NCBI GenBank assembly: GCA_038870975.1
Contig: JAVZJD010000001.1
Location: 640,001 to 704,000, forward strand
Source of the DNA: Candidatus Bathyarchaeia archaeon
GTDB taxonomy: Archaea > Thermoproteota > CALKCG01 > B24
DNA length: 64,000 nt
Reading direction: 5' to 3'
This document shows, piece after piece, positions 39,607-48,786 of the stretch. How positions within the stretch are numbered: position 1 is the first letter of the stretch; each line of letters begins with the position of its first letter. Under the pieces are notes generated by a model that was not told the origin of the DNA, searched no databases, and worked only from the letters and a program-made list of their open reading frames with translations. A program made the translations under genes and the position numbers.

Positions 39607-40875
39607 TTACTTCCGCTTTCTGAAGAGCATTATACCGTTGAAGGTTGTGACGTATTCAAAGCCTGCTTCGATGAGCTTTGAGGCCTCATCTATGGTTGAA
39701 GCCGTTTTACAGTAGAACTCGTCTTTAGGGGTTTGGAATAACGCTCTTTCTATGTTTATGTAGATCATCGTGTTCTGAATACTTTTATGACCGAGCAGCT
39801 CCTTGACGTAAACTATGTCTTTCGTCTTATGATACTCCATCGTTGCCTTCCAATGTCTAAAGGTGTGGAGCGTTATCCTCTTCAACCTCGGATTCTTAAG
39901 TTTTAGAGCGAGTGAATTCCTCTGACGCATAAAGCTGGATTCAATGGATTCACGCGTCATCGAAAAAACCCTTTCGCTGTCTCTTGGAAGGCTTTTCAGA
40001 ATTTCGACGAGTCTATCGCTTATCGGTAAGATCCGCCCCTTGCTCCTCTTCTCCGGCGTTATATTGACAATTTTACGCTCGAAGTCCACATCTGCCCACT
40101 TCACCATTAAAGCCTCTCCAACCCTTACTCCTGTCTCTTTTAGAAATTGAAGGAATGCAGCGGTCTTCCTTCCACATCTAGCTATCAGCATGTCTAACTC
40201 TTCTTCAGTCGGAATGAATGGGATCTTCTCAGTCTTCCCATATTTCGGCTTCTCCCAAGAGCCACTGTAGAATCTTACGAAATTGCCATATAGATTTGCA
40301 TAGTTCATTTTTGTGTCTTCAGATATATTCAGTTTGTTGATGAACTCTTTGACCGCTTCAGGATCATATATGTTCGCACCTTTTCTAATAAGCATTCTTA
40401 CGACTTCCACATTCTTTTTAACCGTTTCCTCTCTTCTCCCGTTCTTCAAAAGCCATAGAGCGAAGCCAGTTAGGACATCTTGGCTTACTGTGCCCCCCGC
40501 AGGCTTTTTTACTGTTTGAGGGGGCTTTTCCATCAGAGCCACGCATCCCATATCAGACCGGCTTAGGTCCTCATGTCCTTCATCTTTAACATAACCGTTG
40601 GGCCTATTTAAATCTGAGGTCTCATGGGTTTTCCCACGTCTCGAAGATGAAATTGTAAATCTATACCCGCAGTCCCTGCATAAGTAGCGTTGGATTTTAG
40701 AGCCGTCTACAAGCTTACGGAAGCCGTCTTTGAATAAACGTTTCGAGCCACATAATGGGCATTGAACCTCAGGTCCATTAGAGCCATAGGGTTTGCCCTG
40801 GACCGAGGCTGAGCAATCGTTTAAATCATCTCTATAGTCCTCCTGAGGTTCCGTAGAAGATGACAAGCATATCAC
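39607..40875 (-). CDS. Tyrosine recombinase/integrase with N-terminal zinc ribbon
   Basis: ETGVRVGEA, PEK, LHTFRH and LGHKSIQNTMIY catalytic set; N-terminal CPLCGS..KDG...QRYLCRDCG. Confidence 0.93.
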   Translation of the reverse strand: MICLSSSTEPQEDYRDDLNDCSASVQGKPYGSNGPEVQCPLCGSKRLFKDGFRKLVDGSKIQRYLCRDCGYRFTISSSRRGKTHETSDLNRPNGYVKDEGHEDLSRSDMGCVALMEKPPQTVKKPAGGTVSQDVLTGFALWLLKNGRREETVKKNVEVVRMLIRKGANIYDPEAVKEFINKLNISEDTKMNYANLYGNFVRFYSGSWEKPKYGKTEKIPFIPTEEELDMLIARCGRKTAAFLQFLKETGVRVGEALMVKWADVDFERKIVNITPEKRSKGRILPISDRLVEILKSLPRDSERVFSMTRESIESSFMRQRNSLALKLKNPRLKRITLHTFRHWKATMEYHKTKDIVYVKELLGHKSIQNTMIYINIERALFQTPKDEFYCKTASTIDEASKLIEAGFEYVTTFNGIMLFRKRK

Positions 40876-41234
40876 TTTCTCTTCTTGGAAAGCTCCAACT
40901 CTATTTCACGGATCAGCTCCTCATTCTCGAGCTTAGGAATAATGTCGAAAAGGGAGGCGATTACACCTCTACTACCATCACTAGTGTGGATCCAATACTC
41001 ATCGTTCCTAAGCATGGCAAGCAGAATCCTAGCCTGCGTCTCAAGGGCTTTCCTCTCAGCCTCCGAGCCTTTATCGAGCCTTGAGAGCGCTAAACTAGGG
41101 TCTCCGATCTCAACCACGGACTTCATAAAGTATTCTATCGCTTTAGATGGTTTAAAACTATGGCTTCTACAGGTTTCCTTGAACTTTTCCAAGAGGTATG
41201 GGTCGAACCTCCATCCAACCTGCTTCTGAGGCAT
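40872..41234 (-). CDS. Ribbon-helix-helix-like DNA-binding protein
   Basis: N-terminal QVGWRFDPYLLEKFKETC...PSKAIEYFM. Confidence 0.55.
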   Translation of the reverse strand: MPQKQVGWRFDPYLLEKFKETCRSHSFKPSKAIEYFMKSVVEIGDPSLALSRLDKGSEAERKALETQARILLAMLRNDEYWIHTSDGSRGVIASLFDIIPKLENEELIREIELELSKKRK

Positions 41235-41248
41235 AGATGATCACCTTG

Positions 41249-41419
41249 TTACCTTTCTGCTAACTTTTCTGATGACATAGTAGAGGGGGGAGGGGGTGGA
41301 AATCCACTCATCCTAGGGTCTCCCACCATAGAGGTCTTGGCTTTCACTATCTTCTTGGATGGGAAGACCTCACAACCTTCATATAGGTCGTGAGTCTTGG
41401 GCCCTAGGACGCGACTCAT
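41249..41419 (-). CDS. Possible 56-aa small protein (not in the ORF track)
   Basis: ATGA overlap with the primase stop; MSRVLGPKTH...LAER. The region is also strongly self-complementary, so it may be non-coding. Confidence 0.3.
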   Translation of the reverse strand: MSRVLGPKTHDLYEGCEVFPSKKIVKAKTSMVGDPRMSGFPPPPPSTMSSEKLAER

Positions 41420-42381
41420 AGCTTCCCCCTCCCTTCGAGAAGTGCATTGAGCCGTGGTTTTGAGAAAGGCTTATAGCGTCTTTTTCTTGCGTGATCTATG
41501 TAGTATTGGGTCTTCCCCACGTTGTAATCCGGCTGGTTCATGAAGACCGCATGTATATCGTCATCTCCATAGCCAGCGTTAAGCATTTCGAATAGTATGG
41601 CAAGCCTTTCCTCATGTGATAGCTCTATCCCCTTTTTAGCCCGCTCTATGAGGAGCTGCACCTCTTTCCTAATACCTTTTGTTGGCTTAAATGAAGTGTG
41701 AGTTTGCCTTCGCCTCTCTTCTTCTCTGAAGATTTCCTCTATAATGGGTTTCAAAAGTGATGGATTCAATCCGTTCTTTTTATGAAAACTCAAGTCCACG
41801 TCTTCTGGACTTAATGCCTCCCCCCTCTCGTCGATTGGCTGGCAGGGTCTTTGTGTCTCTTCATGTATTGTATAAGGAAGGCGTGATATCCGCTTTACGT
41901 CGCCTAATGGATTCCGATCAACGGTCTTCAAATTCAGACCCATTAAGAGCTTTGACTGGAGGATCCTCATCGCTTCCTTGGCGTAATTTTCAAGTCCATT
42001 AATTGAAACGGGCTCACTGAAGAAGACGTAGACGTGGCATCCCTTGGAACCGCTCAGAGTTAGAAAGGGCTCTACGGAATAGAACTTCTTAAGGGTTCTT
42101 GCAAACCTCAACCCCTCCTCCACCGCTCTAGATGGATTTGTTGGGTCGTCAAAGTCGAAAAATAGCTTTTCCAAGTGGGATGGTGTATCGCGCCCTTTAA
42201 ACGGTTGAACGCTTAGAAAAACTGGAAGTCCGTTCTCTTCGTGTTCTTCAATGATGGGAGGCAGTTCGTCAAATTTAATGAAGCGCCTGTCCTTGAATGG
42301 GGAGAAGACCAAAACCTCCCTTCCGCTGAATCCTCCAAACCATTCACTCCAAAACTTCATCGGTCTATCCATCTTATCCAT
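41416..42381 (-). CDS. Archaeo-eukaryotic primase/primase-polymerase
   Basis: LFFDFDD (DxD), SGSKGCH, D..R.SRLPYT.H, and a helical C-terminal domain (LSHEERL...QPDYN..KT.Y). Confidence 0.85.
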   Translation of the reverse strand: MDKMDRPMKFWSEWFGGFSGREVLVFSPFKDRRFIKFDELPPIIEEHEENGLPVFLSVQPFKGRDTPSHLEKLFFDFDDPTNPSRAVEEGLRFARTLKKFYSVEPFLTLSGSKGCHVYVFFSEPVSINGLENYAKEAMRILQSKLLMGLNLKTVDRNPLGDVKRISRLPYTIHEETQRPCQPIDERGEALSPEDVDLSFHKKNGLNPSLLKPIIEEIFREEERRRQTHTSFKPTKGIRKEVQLLIERAKKGIELSHEERLAILFEMLNAGYGDDDIHAVFMNQPDYNVGKTQYYIDHARKRRYKPFSKPRLNALLEGRGKL

Positions 42382-44765
42382 CCCTCCCTTGGTTCTATTA
42401 TGAAGCCCCGTTTCACTAGGAGGGTGAAGAACTCGTCAGCTGGACCGTTCAAAGCCTTGGATAATGTCTTCATGAACGGCTGTTTTTCACAGAAGCCGTC
42501 GTCTAGCTTCAATTCATCGTAAATTTTCTTCGCCATTTTAATCCTCTCTTCCATTGTAAGAGAAAAACCATCGTTCTTCTTTTTCTCCATTTCCTTTTTA
42601 ATCTTCGCATAGCAATTTTCACACATTAAAACTATTTTTCCATCCATATTCACCTTATTGTACGGAATCGCTTCATTTCCACATACTTCACACTCAGTCT
42701 TATCCTTCACAAATGCAAGTATTCTGAAGTCTTCACTCGGACGTAAGGATGAAAGCGTCATGTATGCTTCTGAAACCACTTCGAAGTCCAACTCAAACCT
42801 CAACCTTAACCTTCCATCTTTGTCGAATAGAGCCTTCATCCTACCCAACGGTTTGGAGGACTTCAGCAGAAAATCATAGTCCTTCTTCACTTCTTCCATA
42901 AGGGCTTTATTAGTTAAAATCTTAGAGGCCCACTCGTAAACCTCATCTGCATTGAATGACAGCTCCCTTCCACTCACGGACTTCTCCTTCAAAATTTTAA
43001 ACAACGCTAAACTGTAGGCTTCCCCATAGGGTTTAAGCTTCTCCACTATTTCGCTCAGTTTCTTAGAATTTTCCATGTAACCGGAAATAGGGGATTTTGT
43101 AACCGATGTAACATTGTAACCGATTTTTTGAGGTGTTTCAGTTGAAGTTTTCCATACTTCTTCAATGGAACTTAATGGAGAAATTTTCTCCTCTCCTTTT
43201 CTACTAAATGTTACATCGGTTACAGAGGTTACAAATGGAGAAGCCGCTAAGTTGAAGAAATACTTGTTATACATTTTCTCTATAACGGCGTTTTTAAACT
43301 TCCATGAACGCTTCACTTCACTGCCTTCCCGTTTTAACCCCCGTTCTCCTTTAAAAGCTTCCTTCAGCCTTCTACCAAGTTTCTGCCTAGAAACATCTTC
43401 ATCGAGAACATCTGAGATGATTTTACCGTCGTTGCTGACTTCACCGTTCACCACGCTAGTCAACTTCTCAAAGATTTCATCAAGCGTGAATTCCATAGAA
43501 TCACCAGATACTCCGTCCTTCTCTTCCTCCATCAGCTCATGAAGGGACTTGGCGATGTAGGCTTCAAGTGTTTCCAGTCTAGCCTTCCTCTGCGCTTGAA
43601 TGAAGTATCCTGCACATCTCCTGGCTTCTTCGATGCAACCTAGAACATTGGCTGCCTTCAAAAACGGATACCACAATTCCCGTTCTCTACCTATCAGGGG
43701 ATACTTATACTCTGAACCGTTTTCGCTGATGAGGACATATGGCTCTACATCGCTGAGACCTTCCTTGAACAGCTTCAACCTTAGCTTTAAAAGCGACAGC
43801 CTTATTTTTGAAGCCTCCATACGGTCGCTATCATCTAGGTCCTGCCTTTCAGGGATACCGTATACCATTGGAATTATGATGAACCGCTCTAGAAGCCCTT
43901 TCGCTTTAGAACCCATGGGAAGTTTCTCGGAAGCAGCCATTTTAAAGCAGAACGCGTTATAGTGGACCTGCCTCCTTTTACCCGTCTTTTCACTGATAAT
44001 GATTCGTGAAACTTTCGCCCCTCTTTGAAACCCAACCTTCCATATCCTACGCTTATCCTCCTTACTAATCAAGTCATCCGCCTCATCCTCCAATATGACG
44101 CCTTTAGTTGGCTTTTCTTCACTACCCAAGTATTCGTATAGATCTGCGGCCGGAAGGTCGACGGTCCACAGTGGTCTAAAGGCGATAAGATTAAGAACAC
44201 GGAGGGCCTTAGACTTGCCTGAGTTCGTGTCTCCTATGAGGAACACATAGTGGAGTGTCTCCATTAAGTCTTGGAGATATCCGAGGAACACATCGATTGC
44301 TAATAGTGTTAAGGCTTCAGGCTCCACCACGACCCTCTTAGCTATGAAGTCTTTGACGCTCCTATAAAGCCCCGCAGGATTCACATCCCCATCCCACTTC
44401 TCAGAGAGTCCGTATTGGATGTATGGTAGAGATTTTGGATTAATAGGGATGATCCTTACGGTCCTTCCACTCTCATCTTCTTCCATTATTTCTTTAACGA
44501 GTTGAAACTTTCCATCATACGTCAGAAATGCTGAAGCTCCACTTTTATCGATTACACTTTCATAAAGGGCTGCGTTGTGAATATAATTAACGGCTTCGAT
44601 GTTTTTCACTTTCTCTCCAATTTTCACTTCAGTTTCAATTTTTAGAATAGAGCCGCATTTTAAACAATGTAGGGCTTCAGAAGGATTAATCGCATAGCAT
44701 TTGGGACATTGGATTATTTCACTCCCTTGAGAAATACTTAAATTAGCCTTACTACTTTCATTCAT
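42357..44765 (-). CDS. Element replication protein: Zn ribbon, P-loop ATPase (helicase-like), Zn finger, winged helix
   Basis: CPKC..CLKC, GDTNSGKS, ILEDEAD, LLERFI, CEVC..CENC and a C-terminal GFIIEPREGW. Confidence 0.75.
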   Translation of the reverse strand: MNESSKANLSISQGSEIIQCPKCYAINPSEALHCLKCGSILKIETEVKIGEKVKNIEAVNYIHNAALYESVIDKSGASAFLTYDGKFQLVKEIMEEDESGRTVRIIPINPKSLPYIQYGLSEKWDGDVNPAGLYRSVKDFIAKRVVVEPEALTLLAIDVFLGYLQDLMETLHYVFLIGDTNSGKSKALRVLNLIAFRPLWTVDLPAADLYEYLGSEEKPTKGVILEDEADDLISKEDKRRIWKVGFQRGAKVSRIIISEKTGKRRQVHYNAFCFKMAASEKLPMGSKAKGLLERFIIIPMVYGIPERQDLDDSDRMEASKIRLSLLKLRLKLFKEGLSDVEPYVLISENGSEYKYPLIGRERELWYPFLKAANVLGCIEEARRCAGYFIQAQRKARLETLEAYIAKSLHELMEEEKDGVSGDSMEFTLDEIFEKLTSVVNGEVSNDGKIISDVLDEDVSRQKLGRRLKEAFKGERGLKREGSEVKRSWKFKNAVIEKMYNKYFFNLAASPFVTSVTDVTFSRKGEEKISPLSSIEEVWKTSTETPQKIGYNVTSVTKSPISGYMENSKKLSEIVEKLKPYGEAYSLALFKILKEKSVSGRELSFNADEVYEWASKILTNKALMEEVKKDYDFLLKSSKPLGRMKALFDKDGRLRLRFELDFEVVSEAYMTLSSLRPSEDFRILAFVKDKTECEVCGNEAIPYNKVNMDGKIVLMCENCYAKIKKEMEKKKNDGFSLTMEERIKMAKKIYDELKLDDGFCEKQPFMKTLSKALNGPADEFFTLLVKRGFIIEPREGWIRWIDR
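43076..43233. repeat. Iteron-like TGTAAC arrays in inverted orientation (putative element origin)
   Basis: Four TGTAAC (43076, 43098, 43107, 43115) and three GTTACA (43210, 43219, 43228). Perfect 18-bp inverted repeat 43098-43115/43207-43224. Confidence 0.75.
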
Positions 44766-44793
44766 TTTAAGCGCCCCCTACTCTTTCTACGAA

Positions 44794-45006
44794 TTATGCC
44801 CCCTTCATTCTAAAAACACGCACGTATCCATACCTAGCCTCTTCCACAACACCTTCCTTCACGAGCCTCATTAAATGCTTCTTTGCCGTTATCGGCTGAA
44901 CCCTCGTTTTTTCGGCCACTTCCTTTAGGCTCAATCCTCGGACGCCAGCGGCCTTGATGGCGTCTATAATAGCCCTTCTCTTTTCTTCTAGAGGTTGCAA
45001 TCGCAT
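44794..45006 (-). CDS. Small winged-helix protein
   Basis: LSLKEVAEKTRVQPITAKKHLMRLVKEG. Confidence 0.8.
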   Translation of the reverse strand: MRLQPLEEKRRAIIDAIKAAGVRGLSLKEVAEKTRVQPITAKKHLMRLVKEGVVEEARYGYVRVFRMKGA

Positions 45007-45144
45007 GTTCTCACCTTTTTTGAGGATGCATGACTATATATAAACTTTATTTGGTATATATTTTCTTCCGTAATTTTTCCATGCTTTTCTTTCCTTATCT
45101 TTTAAGATAAGTATATATTCTGGTTTTTCTTACATAGAGAATAT

Positions 45145-46074
45145 ATGTCTTCGATTCCTGAGCTTTCAGAGCCAGAGGTCTCGCTCCTGATCTACCTATT
45201 CCTAAAGCCAAACTATCCATATGCGATTGCGAAGGACTTTAAGGAGGCACAGTTTAGGATTAAGAGCCTATGGCACCCAATGAAAATCTATCCCGTTATG
45301 GAGAGTTTAGCGGAAAAAGGCTTGGTAATATGGAAAGAAGGAGAAAGTGAGGGAAGACGGATGAGAATTTTCTATGTTAACATAGAGGCGATTTCGAAAA
45401 TTATTTCCAACATCGTTGAGAAGGTGACAGAAAAACATCAAGACTTTCCAAGCCCCCTTTTCGCAGAAAGAGGTCTTCTTTATCTTTACGACTTCTTAAG
45501 AGCAACTTCGCCCAACTGGGCAGAAAATCCCGTTCAAGTCCTCAAACGCTTCAAAAAGCTCGACTTCTTCACTTTTTTGCTCTTCATTGACATTCTCGCG
45601 AAAGAGATGATGACAGTCGCGGACCTCGCACAGCTACTCTTGGGGGACAACATCGTTTACATCCACGAAGGCTATAAAGGGCCCGTTGAGCCTTTAATAG
45701 AGCCAGAAGGAGAAGAGAGGGTTAAAAGTTATCTTTTTGGATGGGGTGCTGAGAACGTGGATTTAGAGCCCTATCTACGCCTTGTCAAAGAGTTCATAAA
45801 GTTTAAAATGACGAAAAAAATTAAGCCTGAACTCCTTGACTTTGAAGTTCTGAAGTCCAAGGTTGAAGAGACGTTTGTGCGAGCAATTGTAGGGGATGAG
45901 GGGGATAGGCCCCTTCTCTTAGGTTCAAAGCTACTTAAAAGCATAAAAATTAAGGAAGAGTTCAAAACGCCCGAAGAGTTCGAAATGGCGTTGAGGAGAA
46001 GAATGGTTGAAAATTTCATGCATTTTCGGAGAGAAAGGCATCTTCAAAAAAGAAACGAACAGAAAGAGGGCTAA
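45145..46074 (+). CDS. PadR-like wHTH regulator, divergent from the replication operon
   Basis: YPYAIAK...IYPVMESLAEKGLV...RRMRIFYV. Confidence 0.65.
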   Translation: MSSIPELSEPEVSLLIYLFLKPNYPYAIAKDFKEAQFRIKSLWHPMKIYPVMESLAEKGLVIWKEGESEGRRMRIFYVNIEAISKIISNIVEKVTEKHQDFPSPLFAERGLLYLYDFLRATSPNWAENPVQVLKRFKKLDFFTFLLFIDILAKEMMTVADLAQLLLGDNIVYIHEGYKGPVEPLIEPEGEERVKSYLFGWGAENVDLEPYLRLVKEFIKFKMTKKIKPELLDFEVLKSKVEETFVRAIVGDEGDRPLLLGSKLLKSIKIKEEFKTPEEFEMALRRRMVENFMHFRRERHLQKRNEQKEG

Positions 46075-46280
46075 TAGTATATTTTTGCTAATAAAAGTAT
46101 ATAATTTGAACAAGGTTTCTAAATCATTTTCTATGATGGGTTCGAAGGCCTGTTCTAGGCTAGCCCCTTCCTTAGTTTTTCATGATATATCGCTGATAGT
46201 AATGATCGCTTTGAACCCATGAACATAAGTAAGTTGAGCTTACATTATGTTGGAATGGAGGCGTATATGCGGACGTTTAA

Positions 46281-46553
46281 TTAATGGACGTTGCGTACGA
46301 TTTGCTTCGCTTCTTTTAACAGCCCCGCTACAAGTCTTCCCTTCTCGCTGAGCGAATAATATGTCCGTATGGGTTTTGATGCCACAACCCTGCGTTTGAT
46401 TAAGCCCTCTTCATCCAATTCTTTTAATATTATGGATAGTGTGCCTCTGCTTGGGATGAGTTTCAATAAGTCTGCATACCTAGCCTCGCCTCTATCGTAG
46501 AGGAACAATATGACTTTAACAGATGGAGTGTTTAACATGGATGAAATCTTCAA
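46281..46553 (-). CDS. HxlR-family wHTH regulator
   Basis: RY.DL....SRGTLS..LKELDEEGLIKR.V...PIRTYYSLSEKG. Confidence 0.85.
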   Translation of the reverse strand: MKISSMLNTPSVKVILFLYDRGEARYADLLKLIPSRGTLSIILKELDEEGLIKRRVVASKPIRTYYSLSEKGRLVAGLLKEAKQIVRNVH

Positions 46554-46616
46554 GTCCTTCTAAATTGAATGAACAACGTCTAACTCATAACATCATAACA
46601 CGGAAAATAGAGCATG

Positions 46617-46632
46617 GTTCATTAATATGAAC
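46617..46632. promoter_or_regulatory. Palindrome between the HxlR gene and the nuclease gene
   Basis: GTTCAT-TAAT-ATGAAC. Confidence 0.45.
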
Positions 46633-46640
46633 TGTTAAAT

Positions 46641-47336
46641 ATGACTTCAAATTACTCTAAATTGAGTATGGTTGTTAAAGTCGTCAGCAAGTCTGAGGCG
46701 AAGTACGGTTTTATTCTTCTACCAAGGGAGGCTAGGCCCAGGACCCTTCCAACCAGAGTATCCGTGGTTGTTGGAGAAGTTAGACTCGGCGACGTACGGG
46801 TCGATAGGTATGCCCGCTTATGGCTTGGAAGATCAAAAATCTCTGAAACCCGTCTTAAAGAAGGCTTAAAGGTGGAGCTTGAGTGGACTTCACCTAGTGA
46901 GCTTAAGGTAACACTTTTAGAAGCCGTTACAACGCCATCTGAGAGCCCGGACCACAACGCTATTAGGGATATGCTCTACGAGATTGGAGAGTTGAAGGGT
47001 AAGTTAGCGTTGAAAGAGTATCCAATAGATAGCATGAGGATTGACATTGTATGGAAGAAGATAGAGAAAGCCAATCCATACGCAGTATTTGAAGTTCAAA
47101 TAGGTGGAAATTTCTTTGAAGCACTTACAAAACTCAAGCACGCTTGGGACCTTTGGAACGCTACACCTTTCCTAGTTACGACTGAGGAGTACGTGGATAG
47201 AGCCTTAAAACTAGTCGAGGGGTCGTTTCATGAGATAAAACACGTAATCAGAATATTGAACTGGGAGTCGGTGAGAGAATTATACAATATGTTGAAAAGA
47301 GTGAGAGAATTAGAGGCTGAAATGAGGCTACTGTGA
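46641..47336 (+). CDS. Putative PD-(D/E)XK restriction-like nuclease with a beta-rich N-terminal domain
   Basis: H..I...L.EIG, EY.....IDIVW and FEVQ..G...AL.KL. Confidence 0.65.
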   Translation: MTSNYSKLSMVVKVVSKSEAKYGFILLPREARPRTLPTRVSVVVGEVRLGDVRVDRYARLWLGRSKISETRLKEGLKVELEWTSPSELKVTLLEAVTTPSESPDHNAIRDMLYEIGELKGKLALKEYPIDSMRIDIVWKKIEKANPYAVFEVQIGGNFFEALTKLKHAWDLWNATPFLVTTEEYVDRALKLVEGSFHEIKHVIRILNWESVRELYNMLKRVRELEAEMRLL

Positions 47337-47744
47337 TTTTTAATGAAAATGTCAAGCCTAATGAAATTGTGAAGAAAAATAGAATAAATCCACGGGAGCA
47401 CCAGTGATATGCCAATAATTTTATTTAGAGGAGAATCTAGAATACATTCTAGAGAGGGGCATGCCCATTAAATTTGCTGACGTTAGAGTGGATAATCAAT
47501 GAAATACGTGATGATTTATCAGCTCGAGCAGTCCACCTAGCTCCTTCAACTCCTTGAGCATCACGGTTGGTTGATATTGGCTTCCTTAAGCTCCCTCTAC
47601 TTCTCAAGAAGATTAGTAGTGGTTATAGGTGATTGGAGGAATGACCTTGAAAATTGGTGGAAATAACCTGTATAACATACCACGTAATTGATTCGACGGG
47701 CAAAAGTTAAAAAGGTCACCTGAATAAATATTAATAGTGATTCC

Positions 47745-48704
47745 ATGAGGCTTTTCTTTCCCCTAAATTTTAACATAGAAGTTCTGACTAAGGTCAAGCA
47801 TTTATATACGTGGGAGGACCATCAGAAAAATCCGATATTAGAGGTCACAGAAGCCAAAGATTGGGTTGCAGATCCAACAATAATAACTCCAGAGCAGAGC
47901 CCAGACGGATATTGGCATATGTTTTGCTGTGGAGGCTTAGGCTTGAAACATTACAGATCTACTGATGGATTAGAATGGAGTTTCTTGGAGATCCTAGACT
48001 TAGGTTACTCACCTTATGTCTTCGTAGAAGACAACAAATACTACCTATTTTACCAGAAGGGGTCTAAAAATGAGACTTACATAGTATGCCGTAAATCGGA
48101 AGACTTAAAAAATTGGAGCGACTTCAGCATTATACTCAGAGGGGATTTACTATGGGAGATGGGACTTAAAGGTGAACCATATGTTAGAAATCCATGCATT
48201 CTAAAACTATTCGATAAATACCTGCTCTACTACAGTGCGAGTTATACGCTTCTACCAGATACTGGTTACGATGAACCGTTATTCATAGGGTTGGCCGTAT
48301 CGACGGAAGGAATAACTGGTCCTTATATTAAAAATCCCGAGCCAATAGTTAAACCGGACTTTTTAGACCCGTGGAGGAATCTCGGAGCAGGAGCTATGAA
48401 GGTGTATTATGACTATAGGCTTAATCTACTACTGGGATTTGAAAATGGTATATACATAGGCTTAGATGGACATACACATTCGGCTTTACACCTATTAGCA
48501 TCGTTTGACGGGGTAAATTGGATGGACTCTCCATATAACCCCATTTTAAAGCCAGAAGGCTACGGGTGGAAGAGTGCATTTGTCTATCAATGTGACGTTA
48601 AAAGGGTTGAAGACAAGCTATACCTTTATTACAACGCTAGAGATGGATGGAAAGATGCTACCGAGAGAATAGGATTAGCCTTATGCAGAATTAAAGACGT
48701 CTGA
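47745..48704 (+). CDS. Five-bladed beta-propeller glycoside hydrolase (GH43/32/130 type)
   Basis: NPIL, ADP, S.DGLEW, RNPCI and S.DGVNW....NPIL repeats. Confidence 0.8.
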   Translation: MRLFFPLNFNIEVLTKVKHLYTWEDHQKNPILEVTEAKDWVADPTIITPEQSPDGYWHMFCCGGLGLKHYRSTDGLEWSFLEILDLGYSPYVFVEDNKYYLFYQKGSKNETYIVCRKSEDLKNWSDFSIILRGDLLWEMGLKGEPYVRNPCILKLFDKYLLYYSASYTLLPDTGYDEPLFIGLAVSTEGITGPYIKNPEPIVKPDFLDPWRNLGAGAMKVYYDYRLNLLLGFENGIYIGLDGHTHSALHLLASFDGVNWMDSPYNPILKPEGYGWKSAFVYQCDVKRVEDKLYLYYNARDGWKDATERIGLALCRIKDV

Positions 48705-48786
48705 AAACTATTTTAAATTTTTTAGTTAGTTCTCTTATGGAATTGAGAAAGCTTTCTGATGAGGCTTTACTATAGAGGAAAGAAGT

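Larger units (their letters stand above)
39607..47336. mobile_element. Integrated plasmid- or satellite-like element (boundaries approximate)
   Basis: Integrase, small DNA-binding protein, primase-polymerase, helicase-like ATPase, divergent HTH genes and nuclease cargo. No att repeat found. Confidence 0.8.

Noticed and set aside
41269-41330. Hammerhead ribozyme (CTGATGA ... GAAA ... TC)
   Set aside because: Stem I has no complementarity and stem II is marginal.
39581-47740. attL/attR direct repeats of the element
   Set aside because: Only a weak TTTTTA(C/A)TGAA similarity at each end (about 39591 and 47337), which is insufficient in AT-rich DNA.
47400-47740. Gene remnant downstream of the nuclease
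   Set aside because: Short coding-like patches only; no family could be assigned.
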